From positions 1 through 64,000 of the IMG/VR virus record IMGVR_UViG_3300030330_004956: DNA of 64,000 nt, one strand, 5' to 3'. Within the stretch, counting starts at the first letter, position 1. Each line of letters begins with the position of its first letter. The stretch is from a virus. Taxonomy: Duplodnaviria; Caudoviricetes. Under the pieces are notes generated by a model. It saw nothing but the letters and a program-made list of their open reading frames with translations. It was not told where the DNA came from and searched no databases. A program made the translations under genes and the position numbers. Positions 9,401 through 20,900 of this stretch are shown here, piece after piece.

Positions 9401-12400
9401 TTTTGACTGAAGATGTTTTTGGTGAAATTATGGACATTGCAAACGACTTTGTAGATATTGCAATGTTAGAAGAATTAGAGGATGCGTATGATAACAAAGC
9501 CGTTATGATAAATGTTTGTAATGACAGGGGTATTCCGTATGGCGTTAGAGATATTCGTCAAAATCTTATTGACAAATATGATGATTTGACACAAGAAGAA
9601 ATTAGTGATTTAATTGATAACATAGTGGATGAAACAAAAGATTCGTTAGTGGATGCAATCGCCAACGGCGCCAAAGGCGCCTTGGGAGGAAACTTTGAAG
9701 ATAACTTACCTTTCAATGAAGATCCATGTTCGTTTATGCCAAAACAGTCTGATATTCCAGCATTAAACTTTGTCAATAATATGGTTTTTGATGCCATATT
9801 CGATCCAATCGAAATAGAATATAAAGCCGAAGCAACTGCATTTCCAGATACATTAATGTCACCAGAAACAGAAGAAGAGTATGTAAAGCTTTACTATGAT
9901 AGATTTGATTACATTCTAGATGAAGAGCAGCCATACATACAAGACGCCGCCACAGGCGAATACCAATTGAATCTTAAGCAAGTCGGTGAAGACGATAAGT
10001 ATAATCAAGATTTTGGAAATCACTACAAAGGCGAGCAAACTCCAATATATATTGAAGATGGATATGGTGGGTATAAAGAAATTTCCAAACCGTTTGATGA
10101 TTATGGGTTGGCAAAAGATGATACTGATAGTTGGGGAGCAGACAGCCAATTATATGTAAAATCAACCGATCAAAAAATGAAACCAATTAAAGGACTTAAA
10201 GATTTTTACAACTTTCCATTAGCAACGTTGCGTAATGAAAGTGATGGCAATGTTGTCGATGGCGAAGTGGTTCAGGAAGAAGAATATCATATAAAATTCC
10301 AGATAAATAGATCAGATCCCGCCGCCCCGCCAGAGTTTGGTGGAGATCCGGAAGTTAAAATTATATTTGGAGATTCATATAATAAATTAAAATTTAGTGC
10401 AATGGGTAACAGCGCTCAGGCGACGTGTTTGAATGATGAAAATCTGCAAGCTAGTCTTCCGCAAAACCCGGGCACATTTGTTAATCGTTTAAAGAAAAGT
10501 GTTGAAAATACTACAAAAAGAATAGTGGACGAAGACGAATATATTTCGTCAAATATTGAAAGAAATATAACTAGTAATTTGGTTGGTATATCATACTATA
10601 CTAATAGCAGCGCACCTGTTGGGTTTCCCCACACAGGAGTGATTGCCAAAAGCATGGCGTCCTATATTATGCATGGATTTCTGGACGTACTTTATGATAG
10701 ATTGGCGGAAACTAGTTTATTTGAAACTTCATACTTACAAACGTTTTTGTTTGAAACCGAAGACATAAAATTGTTTAGAGTGCAAGAAGCTAAAAATGAT
10801 GCAAAAGAAGAATTTAATGAAAACTGTTCTTTCAAGGAAGATGGTTCAGAAAATCCAATTTCGTCATCATCTATTAAAAAGTTAATTTATCTAACTTTTA
10901 GAATATATTTGATTGAAATTATGGCACGTAGTTGCTTTGTATTTGATAGTATATATCAAAAAAGTATGAATCAATTTCTGTGTTCAATGCTGCACAGGAC
11001 TATGACGAATGAGTTATCAACCTACTCTAAGGGATATTTTCAAGTATTTAAAGAGAAGTATAACGAAGCCTATGGCGCCCCATTTCCGGAAACACCTCCA
11101 GAGAGCGAGAATGATACTTTTTATAAATTAGCTAGTGAGATATGGGATGACATGTCACAAACTTTCCCAGCTTTGTTTCAAAATGCGCAAGTTAACGATG
11201 GATTAATTGGGCTTTTCATGGAAGAAGTGCCAATATATAAAGGCACATATGCTAATTTTCCACATTATTGTGCAACAGCTTTTGTTAATAATAAACCATT
11301 TGTTATACAAAAAATAGAAAGAGTGCTGTACAATACAGGCGACGATCAATCAGATGGCTCTTTTGGAATTACAAATAAGAAAGAGTTTATCTATGGCAGA
11401 GAGAAATATAAAAAAGATGGCGGCATAAGATCACATTCGGCTATAGAAGGATCTGAGTCTGAGTATTTATACAGACTATGTTATATAAAAAGAAAAGATG
11501 GAGAATATAAAGATGTAGCTAAGTTAAAAAGTGGCGAAAATGACACTGTAGGTAATTTTTGTGATGAAATTGCTGATATACATGACTCAAGAATTCCCAC
11601 CCATGTATCATCTTGGATCAGCGAAAGAATTGACACTGATAATTTATCTGAGTACAGCGTGGATGTTTCAGAAGCCACGAGAACTGGTTATGTTTTGGAA
11701 GGTACTGGATCTGATATTGTTAAAGATCAAAGGCAGTTGGGTTTTTATAGATATAAGCTCATAAGACAGGCGCCTATTTTACAAACAAAAGTTGAATATT
11801 CTTGGAAAAGAACAGGCAGTTCAGCCTCGGAGCAAACAGAAGCTGAATTTTTCATTGTCCCGCTAGCTGAGACAGAAATTCCAGTCGATGCCGATGGCGA
11901 ACTTGACTTGGGCGGATTATCAGAAATTGACTTTTTGCTACAGCCAGCCCCAGATGGCTCCAGTTCTCTTAGTATACATTCTTTTTTGAAATACACGATT
12001 CAACTTGAATCACTTATGAATGGGATATTAGCAGCTAATAATTTAAAAATACTAAAAGAAAAGCCATCATCACGAAATGCTTTCACCAACACCAAATTAA
12101 CAATTAAAAGAGCAATCGAAAGCTTGTCTCAAGATGATGACAATTTTACATTCGAAGATCAAGAAACAAAAAATATCGCCCTAGAACAATCGCAGGGGCA
12201 ATCAACAGAGCCAGAGTTTTCAGCAAAGGCTGCAAAAATGGCTTTAATGACAATACCTATGATCATCAAAGGTGCGGCAGAGATGTTTGATCCAAATATC
12301 AAAATATCAAAAGGAATTAGGTTGGGCGCCGACTTGGCAGGTTTCAATATTCCACCACCGGTGGCATCACTCATGGGCTTGCCTCTTAACTTAATACCAT

Positions 12401-14238
12401 TTGCCCCCGGCCCACCAATCACTCCGTTGGGATTGGCTTATTTAGCCACATCTTTCCTCGAACCAAAAGAAAGAAAAAAGCTTTCAGATTTAAGGCGCGG
12501 TAAAAACCTGAATCCCGGCGCAGATCCCGGTGGTGGGTTCATTGAAGGTACCATGGAAGAGCAAGCCGAAGCGGCAAGAGAATTGGCTTTAGACGATATT
12601 AGGGGAACCATAGTCAAGCACTATACTATCAAAAGAACTATATATGAATTCTATGAGCAGATGAATGACTTGATTGACTCGACACTACAGGCAATCCAAC
12701 AAGAAGAGTTTTATGACGATTATTTCCGTTCAGTAAATGGAGATATGCATGGAAATAATATCACGCAACATCACAAATTAAGTCACGCAACCGCTCTACC
12801 GTGTTTGAGGCAAAGTTATGACAATGGTGGAGCTTTCCCGGTTTTCAATACATTTGGTAGTGGATATAGTATATTCGAGGCTAGCCCATCTAACTCATCA
12901 GTTCTCATCAGTGATGGGCATGCTACCACCGAAGTGTTCTCTGTTAACAGCGCCGGCTTTGGCGTAACCCTAATTCCAGCCTATAGATTTTATTTAGAAG
13001 GTGCTCGCATACGGAACTTCCGAATATACGGGCGAGACTACGACATCAACGCGGAGTCTTGGGAAAAAGTACCTATTTATAAAAGCACTAACGATGAGCA
13101 AGAATCATTGTTTGCATATCTTAAGCATGTATGTAAACTCCTTTTTCCCAAGACTGGATTTGGCTTTAACCGCCTAGACGAAGGAAGCCATTCTGTGCCC
13201 AACGCCGATAATTTATATTATGGAAAAACTGGGCCGTCTAACGGCTGGAAACATGTCAATGGACTCAGTAACGTCGCCACTGAAAACAACATGTGGGGCA
13301 ACCATGTCGCCCGAGATTATGATTTTGGTGAACATTTCTCTCAACAAGGGTTCTTTGTCGGCGCCGACAATCGCCGCTTCATATTTCATGGCGAAAGAGT
13401 TGGATACAAAATTCAAGAACGTACATATATCGAGCAAGCAGGCGAAGATGGCGTGTATACTATTTTAGATTATACAGGTAATCCGCACTGCGCAGATAAC
13501 ACGCTATATGACTTTCATAGTGCTTATCTAAATTATCTTTCTAAATTAAGTGACAATCATGAGGATATTCATCCAAATCGATTTTTGTCGTCAGAAAAGT
13601 TTCATGGCGCCCGCAATGTATTGTTTCACATGGAAGTATTTGAAGCTGCGGCAACAGCAATGGTTGGAACTGTACTAGAGCAAATTAATCATACAATGTT
13701 TGGATCTATGAAAGACGAAGACACGCAAGCCCTGCAAGATAAATTTCAAACCGCTAGAACGACACACACAAAATCAGGAACAGTTATAGTTCCCGGCACA
13801 AATCCATTTGAAGTTGTTTCATATGAATATCCAGATCTGGCACAAGTCAAGGCAGACGCAATGAGTAGCTGGATATACGAGTATGGACTCGCCATTAACC
13901 CAGCAGCTTCAGATTCTGGTTATGAAACTTTTATTCGAAGATATTCTGCTCAAAATAGTACTGTTAAGCCACCTCCACCCGGCGAAGCCGGGGAGCGACA
14001 ACAAATGTTGGCAGTTGGCGCCCCCGCCGCCCTTGGCACCCTAACAATGGATCCACCCGCAGCATCTTCTTCACCTACCACCGTCACCGCCTCGCGCGCC
14101 CTCTCTCACCCCGGCAGCGTGTGGAATGATAGAAAGGAGATAGAAAATGCTCTTAAACAAGGTTTTGACATATTATACGGCTCCGTGTTCAAAGAATTAG
14201 TAAAAGAATTATCTGAAGCAGCAGAATCTTTAGATTAA
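6442..14238 (+). CDS. very large (2598 aa) putative virion/baseplate protein of unknown function
   Basis: Long uninterrupted ORF between the spike and gp25; acidic and largely helical, with a hydrophobic Pro-rich segment near aa 1930-2010. Confidence 0.75.
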   Translation: MSDTPPVETVESGTDDSRNNNADPNVNPIPESIGTTVDHGDSYNVESAWEGATHFVRFSHVSEEKSDDVVVPLYDTLSRQREAIKNIPGDGSIQVKVIDSNVGQSWAESKVLLESDEKEYYVNSVYLFPVNGISNLAFYSPEDADLFVDSSRETKIKDAKEAEPYDEKNHYNIVLDAGTLSKEEYGANLADLKRKAICQLIEHYGKKKLSSADIDSLIENPFGLIQSSEPYFPLRPGQNIKTKITIAKKYLNQLENKTFDDFAIENIHKDFIAVSIKASDITKDINKLIKILEKYDKQISGFAGHIEGLDMKVIISKLRSFISEFNKFLKLNGTTLDSSGDTKFELGFDKSTYKLNYVMQFTPYGTFLPIGIGLLACKFDAKVGKLLVRLKDVFSASAGGTAWMGFCTDFFAGDIKINFKMPSEIFDTAKIPFSKLEMNMDNLKADFGELKFMTPDDAASLVSMTNSSQFRVTASELLLRSRDFIGDQFLVDLPNILTNVDDLPSLYGLVFDKVSVKDLLDLVMEQAATELNLPDINEIKLRGILQALDFEIVLDILFDRLPTVDLELILASICDSTTMTAQMFDQLTSSLTSIPMVDLYMIHFKDDGTLGGLLADHYDGDLLSALSERNLNSCETLGVAIATGTFDIKDYYQESTYRKMLCQLLTDGLPEYQNPCPELTEVIENVLGIGASPLITIPGGLKLPSVSFSGIKINILNFLKGLDKSMVMPSIDLHMKDLFKTGANAMSLELSGELPPAGVLTPDELFAKFSEIPEIKLQLDKISLTKGKLTGKIPGLPLDFEMKKIDADFTLPSIKDCNPSFDFGKFQFSGMQDIFSGAIGGIESALIQGIEAGLVGAFKVILEGVLDSVNMNPPNIDAPDFGGLSLPDLMDASDGFSAEAFEMIVTDVLCSAVGKFDIKFFEECNVCEELQDLAGYCPEEEDTKKALEDMSSAVKPLELTRMLKGQRNKKDFENMRAAITDPKIKQVLTEDVFGEIMDIANDFVDIAMLEELEDAYDNKAVMINVCNDRGIPYGVRDIRQNLIDKYDDLTQEEISDLIDNIVDETKDSLVDAIANGAKGALGGNFEDNLPFNEDPCSFMPKQSDIPALNFVNNMVFDAIFDPIEIEYKAEATAFPDTLMSPETEEEYVKLYYDRFDYILDEEQPYIQDAATGEYQLNLKQVGEDDKYNQDFGNHYKGEQTPIYIEDGYGGYKEISKPFDDYGLAKDDTDSWGADSQLYVKSTDQKMKPIKGLKDFYNFPLATLRNESDGNVVDGEVVQEEEYHIKFQINRSDPAAPPEFGGDPEVKIIFGDSYNKLKFSAMGNSAQATCLNDENLQASLPQNPGTFVNRLKKSVENTTKRIVDEDEYISSNIERNITSNLVGISYYTNSSAPVGFPHTGVIAKSMASYIMHGFLDVLYDRLAETSLFETSYLQTFLFETEDIKLFRVQEAKNDAKEEFNENCSFKEDGSENPISSSSIKKLIYLTFRIYLIEIMARSCFVFDSIYQKSMNQFLCSMLHRTMTNELSTYSKGYFQVFKEKYNEAYGAPFPETPPESENDTFYKLASEIWDDMSQTFPALFQNAQVNDGLIGLFMEEVPIYKGTYANFPHYCATAFVNNKPFVIQKIERVLYNTGDDQSDGSFGITNKKEFIYGREKYKKDGGIRSHSAIEGSESEYLYRLCYIKRKDGEYKDVAKLKSGENDTVGNFCDEIADIHDSRIPTHVSSWISERIDTDNLSEYSVDVSEATRTGYVLEGTGSDIVKDQRQLGFYRYKLIRQAPILQTKVEYSWKRTGSSASEQTEAEFFIVPLAETEIPVDADGELDLGGLSEIDFLLQPAPDGSSSLSIHSFLKYTIQLESLMNGILAANNLKILKEKPSSRNAFTNTKLTIKRAIESLSQDDDNFTFEDQETKNIALEQSQGQSTEPEFSAKAAKMALMTIPMIIKGAAEMFDPNIKISKGIRLGADLAGFNIPPPVASLMGLPLNLIPFAPGPPITPLGLAYLATSFLEPKERKKLSDLRRGKNLNPGADPGGGFIEGTMEEQAEAARELALDDIRGTIVKHYTIKRTIYEFYEQMNDLIDSTLQAIQQEEFYDDYFRSVNGDMHGNNITQHHKLSHATALPCLRQSYDNGGAFPVFNTFGSGYSIFEASPSNSSVLISDGHATTEVFSVNSAGFGVTLIPAYRFYLEGARIRNFRIYGRDYDINAESWEKVPIYKSTNDEQESLFAYLKHVCKLLFPKTGFGFNRLDEGSHSVPNADNLYYGKTGPSNGWKHVNGLSNVATENNMWGNHVARDYDFGEHFSQQGFFVGADNRRFIFHGERVGYKIQERTYIEQAGEDGVYTILDYTGNPHCADNTLYDFHSAYLNYLSKLSDNHEDIHPNRFLSSEKFHGARNVLFHMEVFEAAATAMVGTVLEQINHTMFGSMKDEDTQALQDKFQTARTTHTKSGTVIVPGTNPFEVVSYEYPDLAQVKADAMSSWIYEYGLAINPAASDSGYETFIRRYSAQNSTVKPPPPGEAGERQQMLAVGAPAALGTLTMDPPAASSSPTTVTASRALSHPGSVWNDRKEIENALKQGFDILYGSVFKELVKELSEAAESLD

Positions 14239-14253
14239 ATATAAGCGAACGCT

Positions 14254-14261
14254 ACTATTTA
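14254..14261 (+). promoter_or_regulatory. putative late promoter ACTATTTA
   Basis: Intergenic, begins 30 nt upstream of the gp25 start; recurrent motif. Confidence 0.65.
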
Positions 14262-14283
14262 ATGTTAAAAAGAGGTATTGTGA

Positions 14284-14664
14284 ATGTCGAATTATGCTCC
14301 ATTATTGCCATTAACCAGTGATCCAGCAAATCAATTTGCAAACAATCATACGATCGAAAAGGTAGCACTACAAAACTTAAAAATGCTAGTTTTAACTGCT
14401 CCGGGTGAAAGAATCATGGATCCAAACTTTGGAGTGGGAATTAGGAATTTTTTGTTTGAACAAAATGTTGCTTCTACGTATTCAAATATAAAAACTAGAA
14501 TTATAAGACAAGTTCAAGAATATTTATCATTTTTAGAAATAATTAGTGTCGATTTTGACTCGGATACCAACAATCCACAATTCTTGGCTAATGGACTTCT
14601 TATAACTATTGAATTTGTTATTACACCACTTGGCAGAGCGAGTGTTTTGAGCTTATCAGTATAG
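14284..14664 (+). CDS. baseplate wedge subunit, T4 gp25 / GPW_gp25 family
   Basis: QNLKMLVLTAPGERIMDPNFGVGIRNFLFE is the gp25 signature. Confidence 0.92.
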   Translation: MSNYAPLLPLTSDPANQFANNHTIEKVALQNLKMLVLTAPGERIMDPNFGVGIRNFLFEQNVASTYSNIKTRIIRQVQEYLSFLEIISVDFDSDTNNPQFLANGLLITIEFVITPLGRASVLSLSV

Positions 14665-14685
14665 ATAAAGAAAAGAGGAAATTAA

Positions 14686-16497
14686 ATGGCTAAATACGAT
14701 GATAAAAATAAAAAAGTACCCATCAGGTACACAAGTAGAGATTTTACCAGTATAAAAAATGATTTAGTAAGTTATGCCAAAAGGTACTATCCAGACACTT
14801 ATAAAGATTTCAACAAAGCTTCCTTTGGTTCTTTAATGTTCGACACTGTGGCATATACAGGTGACATCCTATCTTTTTACTTAGATTATCAAGCAAATGA
14901 GTCTTTTCTGGACACGGCGAATGAATATAACAATGTAGTTAAACTGACTAGACAAATGGGCTATAAATATAGAGGACGTCCATCTTCTTATGGCTTTTTA
15001 TCTTTCTATATCTTAGTGCCAGCCAACGATACTGGACTCGGCCCTGATACCGCATATGTTCCTATACTTAAAAGAAGGACAGAGGTAGCTTCCAAGTCAG
15101 GAGAAAATTTTATTTTGACAGAAGATGTAGATTTTAGAAAAGCTAATAATGAAATTGTTGTAGGTAGGACAAATTCAACTACCGGACTTCCAACTCATTA
15201 CATTATCAAAGCAACTGGAAGGGTAGTGTCTGGAAGACTAGTACAAAAGAATATAGAAATTGGAGCGTTCAAAAAATTCAATAAAATACTTTTGGGAGAT
15301 TCAAATGTTTCGGAAATATTAGAGTGCATAGATATAGAAGGGCATGAGTATTTTGAAGTAGAGCATTTGGCTCAAGACGTAATCTATCGCGATATAGATA
15401 ATTCAGATACCCTGACATCAGATGATACTCCAAAAATATTAAAACCAATGTCAGTGGCAAGAAGATTTGTTGTTGAAAGAGATCGTAGCGAAACATTTAT
15501 GCAGTTTGGGTACGGCTCCGAAGAGGATATAAAGATAGATAAAGTCATTGATCCCACAAATGTCATACTCGATCAATTTGCTAGAGATTATGTAACAAAT
15601 ACAGATTTCGATCCTTCTAATTTGCTGGGTAGTGATAAGTTTGGTGTCTCTCCAGTTAATACAACATTGAGGATAGTATACAGGGTTAATTCCAGTAACA
15701 ATCCAAACGCCGCCGTAGGTGCAGTTGACTCAGTTGTTAATTCAATATTTAGTTTTGAGAACCCAACGGTGCTCAACAGCGGTAAGTTATCATCAGTAAG
15801 AAACTCATTAGAATGTTCAAATGAAGATACAATCGTCGGACATGCGAATATACCTTCAACAGAAGAGTTAAAAATAAGATCAAAATCATTTTTTGCCACT
15901 CAAAATAGGGCTGTCACAAGAGAAGATTACAAATCTTTAATCTATAACATGCCTCCAAAGTTTGGTGCTGTAAAGCGTTGCGCAATCTTACAAGATCGCG
16001 ACTCTTTCAAAAGAAATTTGAACATATACGTCATATCAGAAAATTCAGCAGGAAATCTGACTCCTTCAAATGATGTGTTAAAGGCAAATATTAAAACATG
16101 GCTAAATCAATATCGCATGGTTAATGACACTCTGGACATAATGGATGCAAAGATAATTAACATAAAAATTAATTTTACCGTGGTAACCAAAGCCGGCTAC
16201 GACAAGTTTAGAGTTTTAGATCAGTGCTTGCGAGTTATGAGAGATAGATTCTCACGTCATTATGATATAGCAGAGCCATTTAGCTTCACAGAAGTATACT
16301 CCACACTAAACAGAATAGAGGGTGTTGCCGATACTGTAGACGTCACAATTACAAATGAAAACGGCGGTGCCTATTCTACAGCCGGCTTAAACATCAAAAA
16401 GTCAATTACTCCTGACGGCAGATGGATTGTCTGCCCTCTGAATTGCTTGTTTGAAGTTAAATTTCCGACAATTGATATCAAGGGAGGCGTCAAATAA
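14686..16497 (+). CDS. baseplate wedge subunit, T4 gp6-like
   Basis: YTSRDFTSIKNDL, AYTGDILSFYLD, ESFLDTA, QFG and QNRAVTREDY motifs; follows gp25. Confidence 0.9.
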   Translation: MAKYDDKNKKVPIRYTSRDFTSIKNDLVSYAKRYYPDTYKDFNKASFGSLMFDTVAYTGDILSFYLDYQANESFLDTANEYNNVVKLTRQMGYKYRGRPSSYGFLSFYILVPANDTGLGPDTAYVPILKRRTEVASKSGENFILTEDVDFRKANNEIVVGRTNSTTGLPTHYIIKATGRVVSGRLVQKNIEIGAFKKFNKILLGDSNVSEILECIDIEGHEYFEVEHLAQDVIYRDIDNSDTLTSDDTPKILKPMSVARRFVVERDRSETFMQFGYGSEEDIKIDKVIDPTNVILDQFARDYVTNTDFDPSNLLGSDKFGVSPVNTTLRIVYRVNSSNNPNAAVGAVDSVVNSIFSFENPTVLNSGKLSSVRNSLECSNEDTIVGHANIPSTEELKIRSKSFFATQNRAVTREDYKSLIYNMPPKFGAVKRCAILQDRDSFKRNLNIYVISENSAGNLTPSNDVLKANIKTWLNQYRMVNDTLDIMDAKIINIKINFTVVTKAGYDKFRVLDQCLRVMRDRFSRHYDIAEPFSFTEVYSTLNRIEGVADTVDVTITNENGGAYSTAGLNIKKSITPDGRWIVCPLNCLFEVKFPTIDIKGGVK

Positions 16498-17987
16498 TGG
16501 GAATCAAAAGATACGTAGCAATTGCTGATAATACAATTACAAACCAATTTAACGAAGCCTTGCAATCTAGAAACACCAAAGGTAACACCGGTTTGGCAGA
16601 TTCTCTGGAAATGTTCAAGATTTATGGGCAAGTTACAAGCGCCTCTGTAGAGCAGACTAGAATTTTAATAAAATTTCCTGTAAACGAAACTGATCTTAGA
16701 TCAGAAATTAGAACTATAAAACAAGATAGAGATGCTGGAATTCTGCCAGAATCAGGTTCTGTAAGTTTCTTCATGAAGATGTACGATGTAAAACACCCAG
16801 ATACCGTTCCTAATAATTTTAAATTAGTGGCACACCCTTTGACAAAAAATTGGACAGAAGGCAATGGAATTGATCTAGATGAATATTCAGACATAGGGCA
16901 ATCAAACTGGCTATCAGCTTCTACTGGCGTTGGATGGGCAACAGAGGGTGGAGATTTCTCTACAGCATCAGTTTTTCAGCAACAATTTGATACAGGCTTT
17001 GAGGATTTTGTTGTAGATATTAGCTCGTATGTTGAGCAAACAATAGCTGGAACACTAAATAGCGGAAACAATTATGGATTAATTGTTTTGTTTTCATCTA
17101 GTATTTTATCTGATTCAAATTCATATTACACGAAAAAGTTTTCAGCAAGATCCTCAGAATACTTTTTTAGTCGCCCTATAATCGAAGCACGTTGGGATTC
17201 TTCCATAAAAGACGATAGAAGAAACTTTTATTATAGTTCTTCTTTATGCCCCGCAGCAGACAACTTAAACACTCTTTATCTGTATAACAATATTGGAGGA
17301 AGACTCAAAAACATTCCTTCAGTTGGAACTGGAAGTATTTATGTAAACCTCTACCAGTCATCTGCATCTGCCCCTTCCGGCTCCGCTTTGACACTAGTGC
17401 AAGATGGGACTCACGTCCTTTCTGGCTCTCCAACAGTTGTTACAGGCGGGTATGTATCGACTGGTATTTACAGCTGCTCAGTAGCCGTAACAGGCACTGC
17501 TGATACACTACATGACGTTTGGTACAGCGGTTCCACACAATACCATACGGGTACATTATTCCCCGAAACTTTGTCTCTTGCAGAGACAACAAAAACTAAC
17601 GATTATTATGTCTCTTTGACGAATCTCAAAACTACTTATAGTAACACAGAAACTGCAAGAATTAGAATTTACTCTAGATTAAAAGGTTGGAGTCCAACTA
17701 TTTATACTAGAGCGGTTTCTGAGCCTCAACTCTACATTCCAACTTCGGGATCTTATGAAATTATTCGAATCATTGATAATTACAAGGTGGTGGAACATGC
17801 TACCGGCAGTGTCAAATTTACAGAACTATCATTTGATGGTTCAGGAAGCTACTTCGATCTTGATATGTCTATTCTTGAGCCGGGATATTCATATGGTATA
17901 AAATTAGCTTTTTATGATGATTATATTTCTGATTATAAACCAATTGACGAAGTATTTAGATTTAGAGTAGAGAAACATGAAACTTAA
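16497..17987 (+). CDS. virion structural protein with a DNRLRE/CBM96-like N-terminal domain
   Basis: RILIKF, AHPLTKNWTEG, DISSYV, NYGLIV, KKFSARSSE...RPIIEARWD pattern; lies between gp6 and the gp7-like gene. Confidence 0.6.
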   Translation: MGIKRYVAIADNTITNQFNEALQSRNTKGNTGLADSLEMFKIYGQVTSASVEQTRILIKFPVNETDLRSEIRTIKQDRDAGILPESGSVSFFMKMYDVKHPDTVPNNFKLVAHPLTKNWTEGNGIDLDEYSDIGQSNWLSASTGVGWATEGGDFSTASVFQQQFDTGFEDFVVDISSYVEQTIAGTLNSGNNYGLIVLFSSSILSDSNSYYTKKFSARSSEYFFSRPIIEARWDSSIKDDRRNFYYSSSLCPAADNLNTLYLYNNIGGRLKNIPSVGTGSIYVNLYQSSASAPSGSALTLVQDGTHVLSGSPTVVTGGYVSTGIYSCSVAVTGTADTLHDVWYSGSTQYHTGTLFPETLSLAETTKTNDYYVSLTNLKTTYSNTETARIRIYSRLKGWSPTIYTRAVSEPQLYIPTSGSYEIIRIIDNYKVVEHATGSVKFTELSFDGSGSYFDLDMSILEPGYSYGIKLAFYDDYISDYKPIDEVFRFRVEKHET

Positions 17988-20900
17988 AGATTTATTTAAA
18001 TCAACGAAAATTATACAATCTTCTAGCCTTGAGGATATGGCTCGCGAAATTGAATCGCAAGAGTACATTGAATCATTCACGAAAGATAAGCAAAGATTTT
18101 TACCCAATGTAGACTATAGCAAGCCAGCCAATTTTGCATATTTTGGCTCTGCCGAAAAGTACTACACAGATTCTTTTGTGAGGATTCGTAATACATACCC
18201 TTACGATGGCTCAGAAAGAGAAAAGTTTGATTGGCTTAATGAGTCAACTTTTATTGATCTGTATATATTTGATAACCGATACCCAAGATTCAACGGATTT
18301 GTAAACTTGGGATATCCATCGTGGGGTACGTTAAGTGGATCTTTGATCGATGGATACGGCAAATCAGATTCTGACGTATATATTAAAACGTTTGGCGGCC
18401 CACATAAGTCAGACTTAAAAACATTAAAAAAGCAGCATGAAGATGCAAACAAATACGACACTTCAAAAACAAGAGAATCAAACCTCAAATTTAAATTAGA
18501 AGACGGTGTAACAATTGAAATGTGGCTAAAAAAGCCAGCCTTCAATACCGCAAAAACAGAGAAAGAGGTTTTATTTGATTTGTGGAATGGCGAAGCCTCT
18601 AGCTCGGCGCAATACGGAAGACTCAGATTAGAACTCACCGGCGCCTCTAGTGGCTCTCCATTCCTATTAACAGCGCTTAGTGGAACAACAGGTAAGCAAA
18701 ATCAAATAATTGGGCAGAACATCACTACAGCCTCTATAACTGATTGGACTCATGTGGCTCTTACTATGAAAAATAGTACAACCGTAGCAACAGCAGTTGA
18801 CACAAATTTATATATTAATGGCGCTCTAAACAGAACTCAGACTATTTCTGGAATGGCTTTGAAAGAAGTTACCGGTTCGATGATATCTTACCTTGGAGCA
18901 TTGCAAACTGCACCCTCTGGCTCTCCTACAATCCAATCTGGCGCCGGAAAATTCTCAGGATCTATCGATGAGTTTAGATATTGGAAAACAGAAAGAACTT
19001 CAAAAGAAATCGGTAGACACTATTGGACTAATATTGGTGGTGGAACCAATACTGATCAAGCAAATACTAACTTGGGCGTATATTACAAGTTTAACGAAGG
19101 TATCACGGGCACTTCATCATTTGATTCGGTTGTGTTAGATTACTCTGGGCGCGTCTCAAATGGTACTTGGACGGGATACCAAGCAGGCGCAAGAAGTACA
19201 GACTCGGCAATAGTTTTGTCAAAAGCTAGTAAAACAGAATTTAAAGATCCCACAATTTATTCTAGTCACCCAACATACAAGCTTGTGTTGGATGAATTGG
19301 AAAAGAGCGGTTCTGTACACGATACTCGAAACAACTCGGCTCTATTCCATACAATGCCTGCATGGATAACTGAAGAAGATGACACCAAGCACGGAAATCT
19401 TAAAAACTTAACGCAGATCATGGGTAGTTACTTCGACAATCTTTATTTGCACATCCAAGAAATAAATTCTCTAAAAGATGTATATTCACATTTTCAAGCT
19501 AATGTAATTGATCAGCAAGATCTATATGCTTCCACTAGTATCACTGGTACTGTCAAGCCTCTTCCTTTTGCGGATCGCCTGCTAACCAATGCCGGCTTTG
19601 TAGCTCCGGAATTATTTGCAGACGCTACAGTTTTAGAGGCTTTGGCTACCAGAAGTGAAGATGAAAATTATGAAATGAAACTTCACAATGTGAAAAACCA
19701 AATTTATCAAAATGTGTACTCATGTATTTCTAACATATACAAACAGAAGGGCACTAATAAAAGTTTTAGGAACGTGTTGCACTCATTTGGAGTGGACGAG
19801 GACGTCGTAAAAATTAACTTTTATGGCGACAATGTAGATTTTGAAATAGAAGACAGACATAAAATTAGATCCAGCAAAGAAAAGTTTGTTAGCTTTAGTC
19901 ATCCAGATCGCTTTCACGGCACAGTCTATCAATATGCTTCTGGCTCTAGTTCATCTGGATTTATATCTGGCTCTGGAAAAGACTTTGAAAAATACATACC
20001 AGTAACTTTTGAGGTTCAAACTGTATTGCCAGATAAAATGCCGTTCAATGAGCCAAATGGATTTGCTACTCCTTTTGTAACATCTTCAATTGTTGGTATC
20101 CACGAAGCCAACGCCTCCACTCCTAGTAGCTATACAATCCCCGGTACTGATAGCTGCGGGCTTGATATATACACTGTAAGAGACGAACAGGAGTCAAAAC
20201 GAGTTAGATTCCATCTTTCTTCGTCAGCCCTTGGCGTACACCTTTCCTCGTCTTTGTATGACGAACAATATAAAAATAATCAGTGGCTATTGGCATTTAA
20301 GATCAGAAACGACAAAGCACCATCAGCAGACTTGGTACTTAGTTCGTCTTTAAATTCATCATATCTACTTGAGTTCGTAGGATACAACACCGTTGATAAG
20401 AGTCAAATACACACTTTTAGTTTAACAGCTAGCGTAGCCTCCGCATCAGCACACAGCTTTTTAAATTCTTCTAAAAGAATATACGCCGGCGCCCAACGTC
20501 AAAACTTTACAGGCTCCACTATGCAACAATTCTCTGATCATAATATAGGATTTGTAAGATACTGGATGAGTTATCTGGAAGATGAAACGCTTCAAGCACA
20601 CGCTTATGACAGTAAGAATTACGGCGCCGGCTCCCCATTTAGAAGTTCTTACTTGATGGAAGACTCGATTAATGATATTAAAATCCCAGAAATAGAAACT
20701 CTTTTACTCTCTTGGGATTTTGAAACGCTTTCAACTACCGATAGTTCTGGGCAATTTATAGTATTGGATACCACTAGTGGCTCTGCCGAAGCAAGATACT
20801 CTCCAACATTCCAGTCACTAAAGAGCAAATTTTATCATGGACGTGGTGACAAATTCCTGCCAAACGACGAAAAAGTGATCGACGCTAACCACATTTCTAT

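Noticed and set aside
6442-14238. Tape-measure protein assignment for the 2598-aa ORF
   Set aside because: No regular Trp/Phe-spaced TMP repeats and no adjacent tube or chaperone genes; cannot be supported.
14244-14253. Mini inverted repeat AGCG-AA-CGCT, and the AT-rich inverted repeat at 42190-42211
   Set aside because: Too short or too AT-rich to distinguish from chance.
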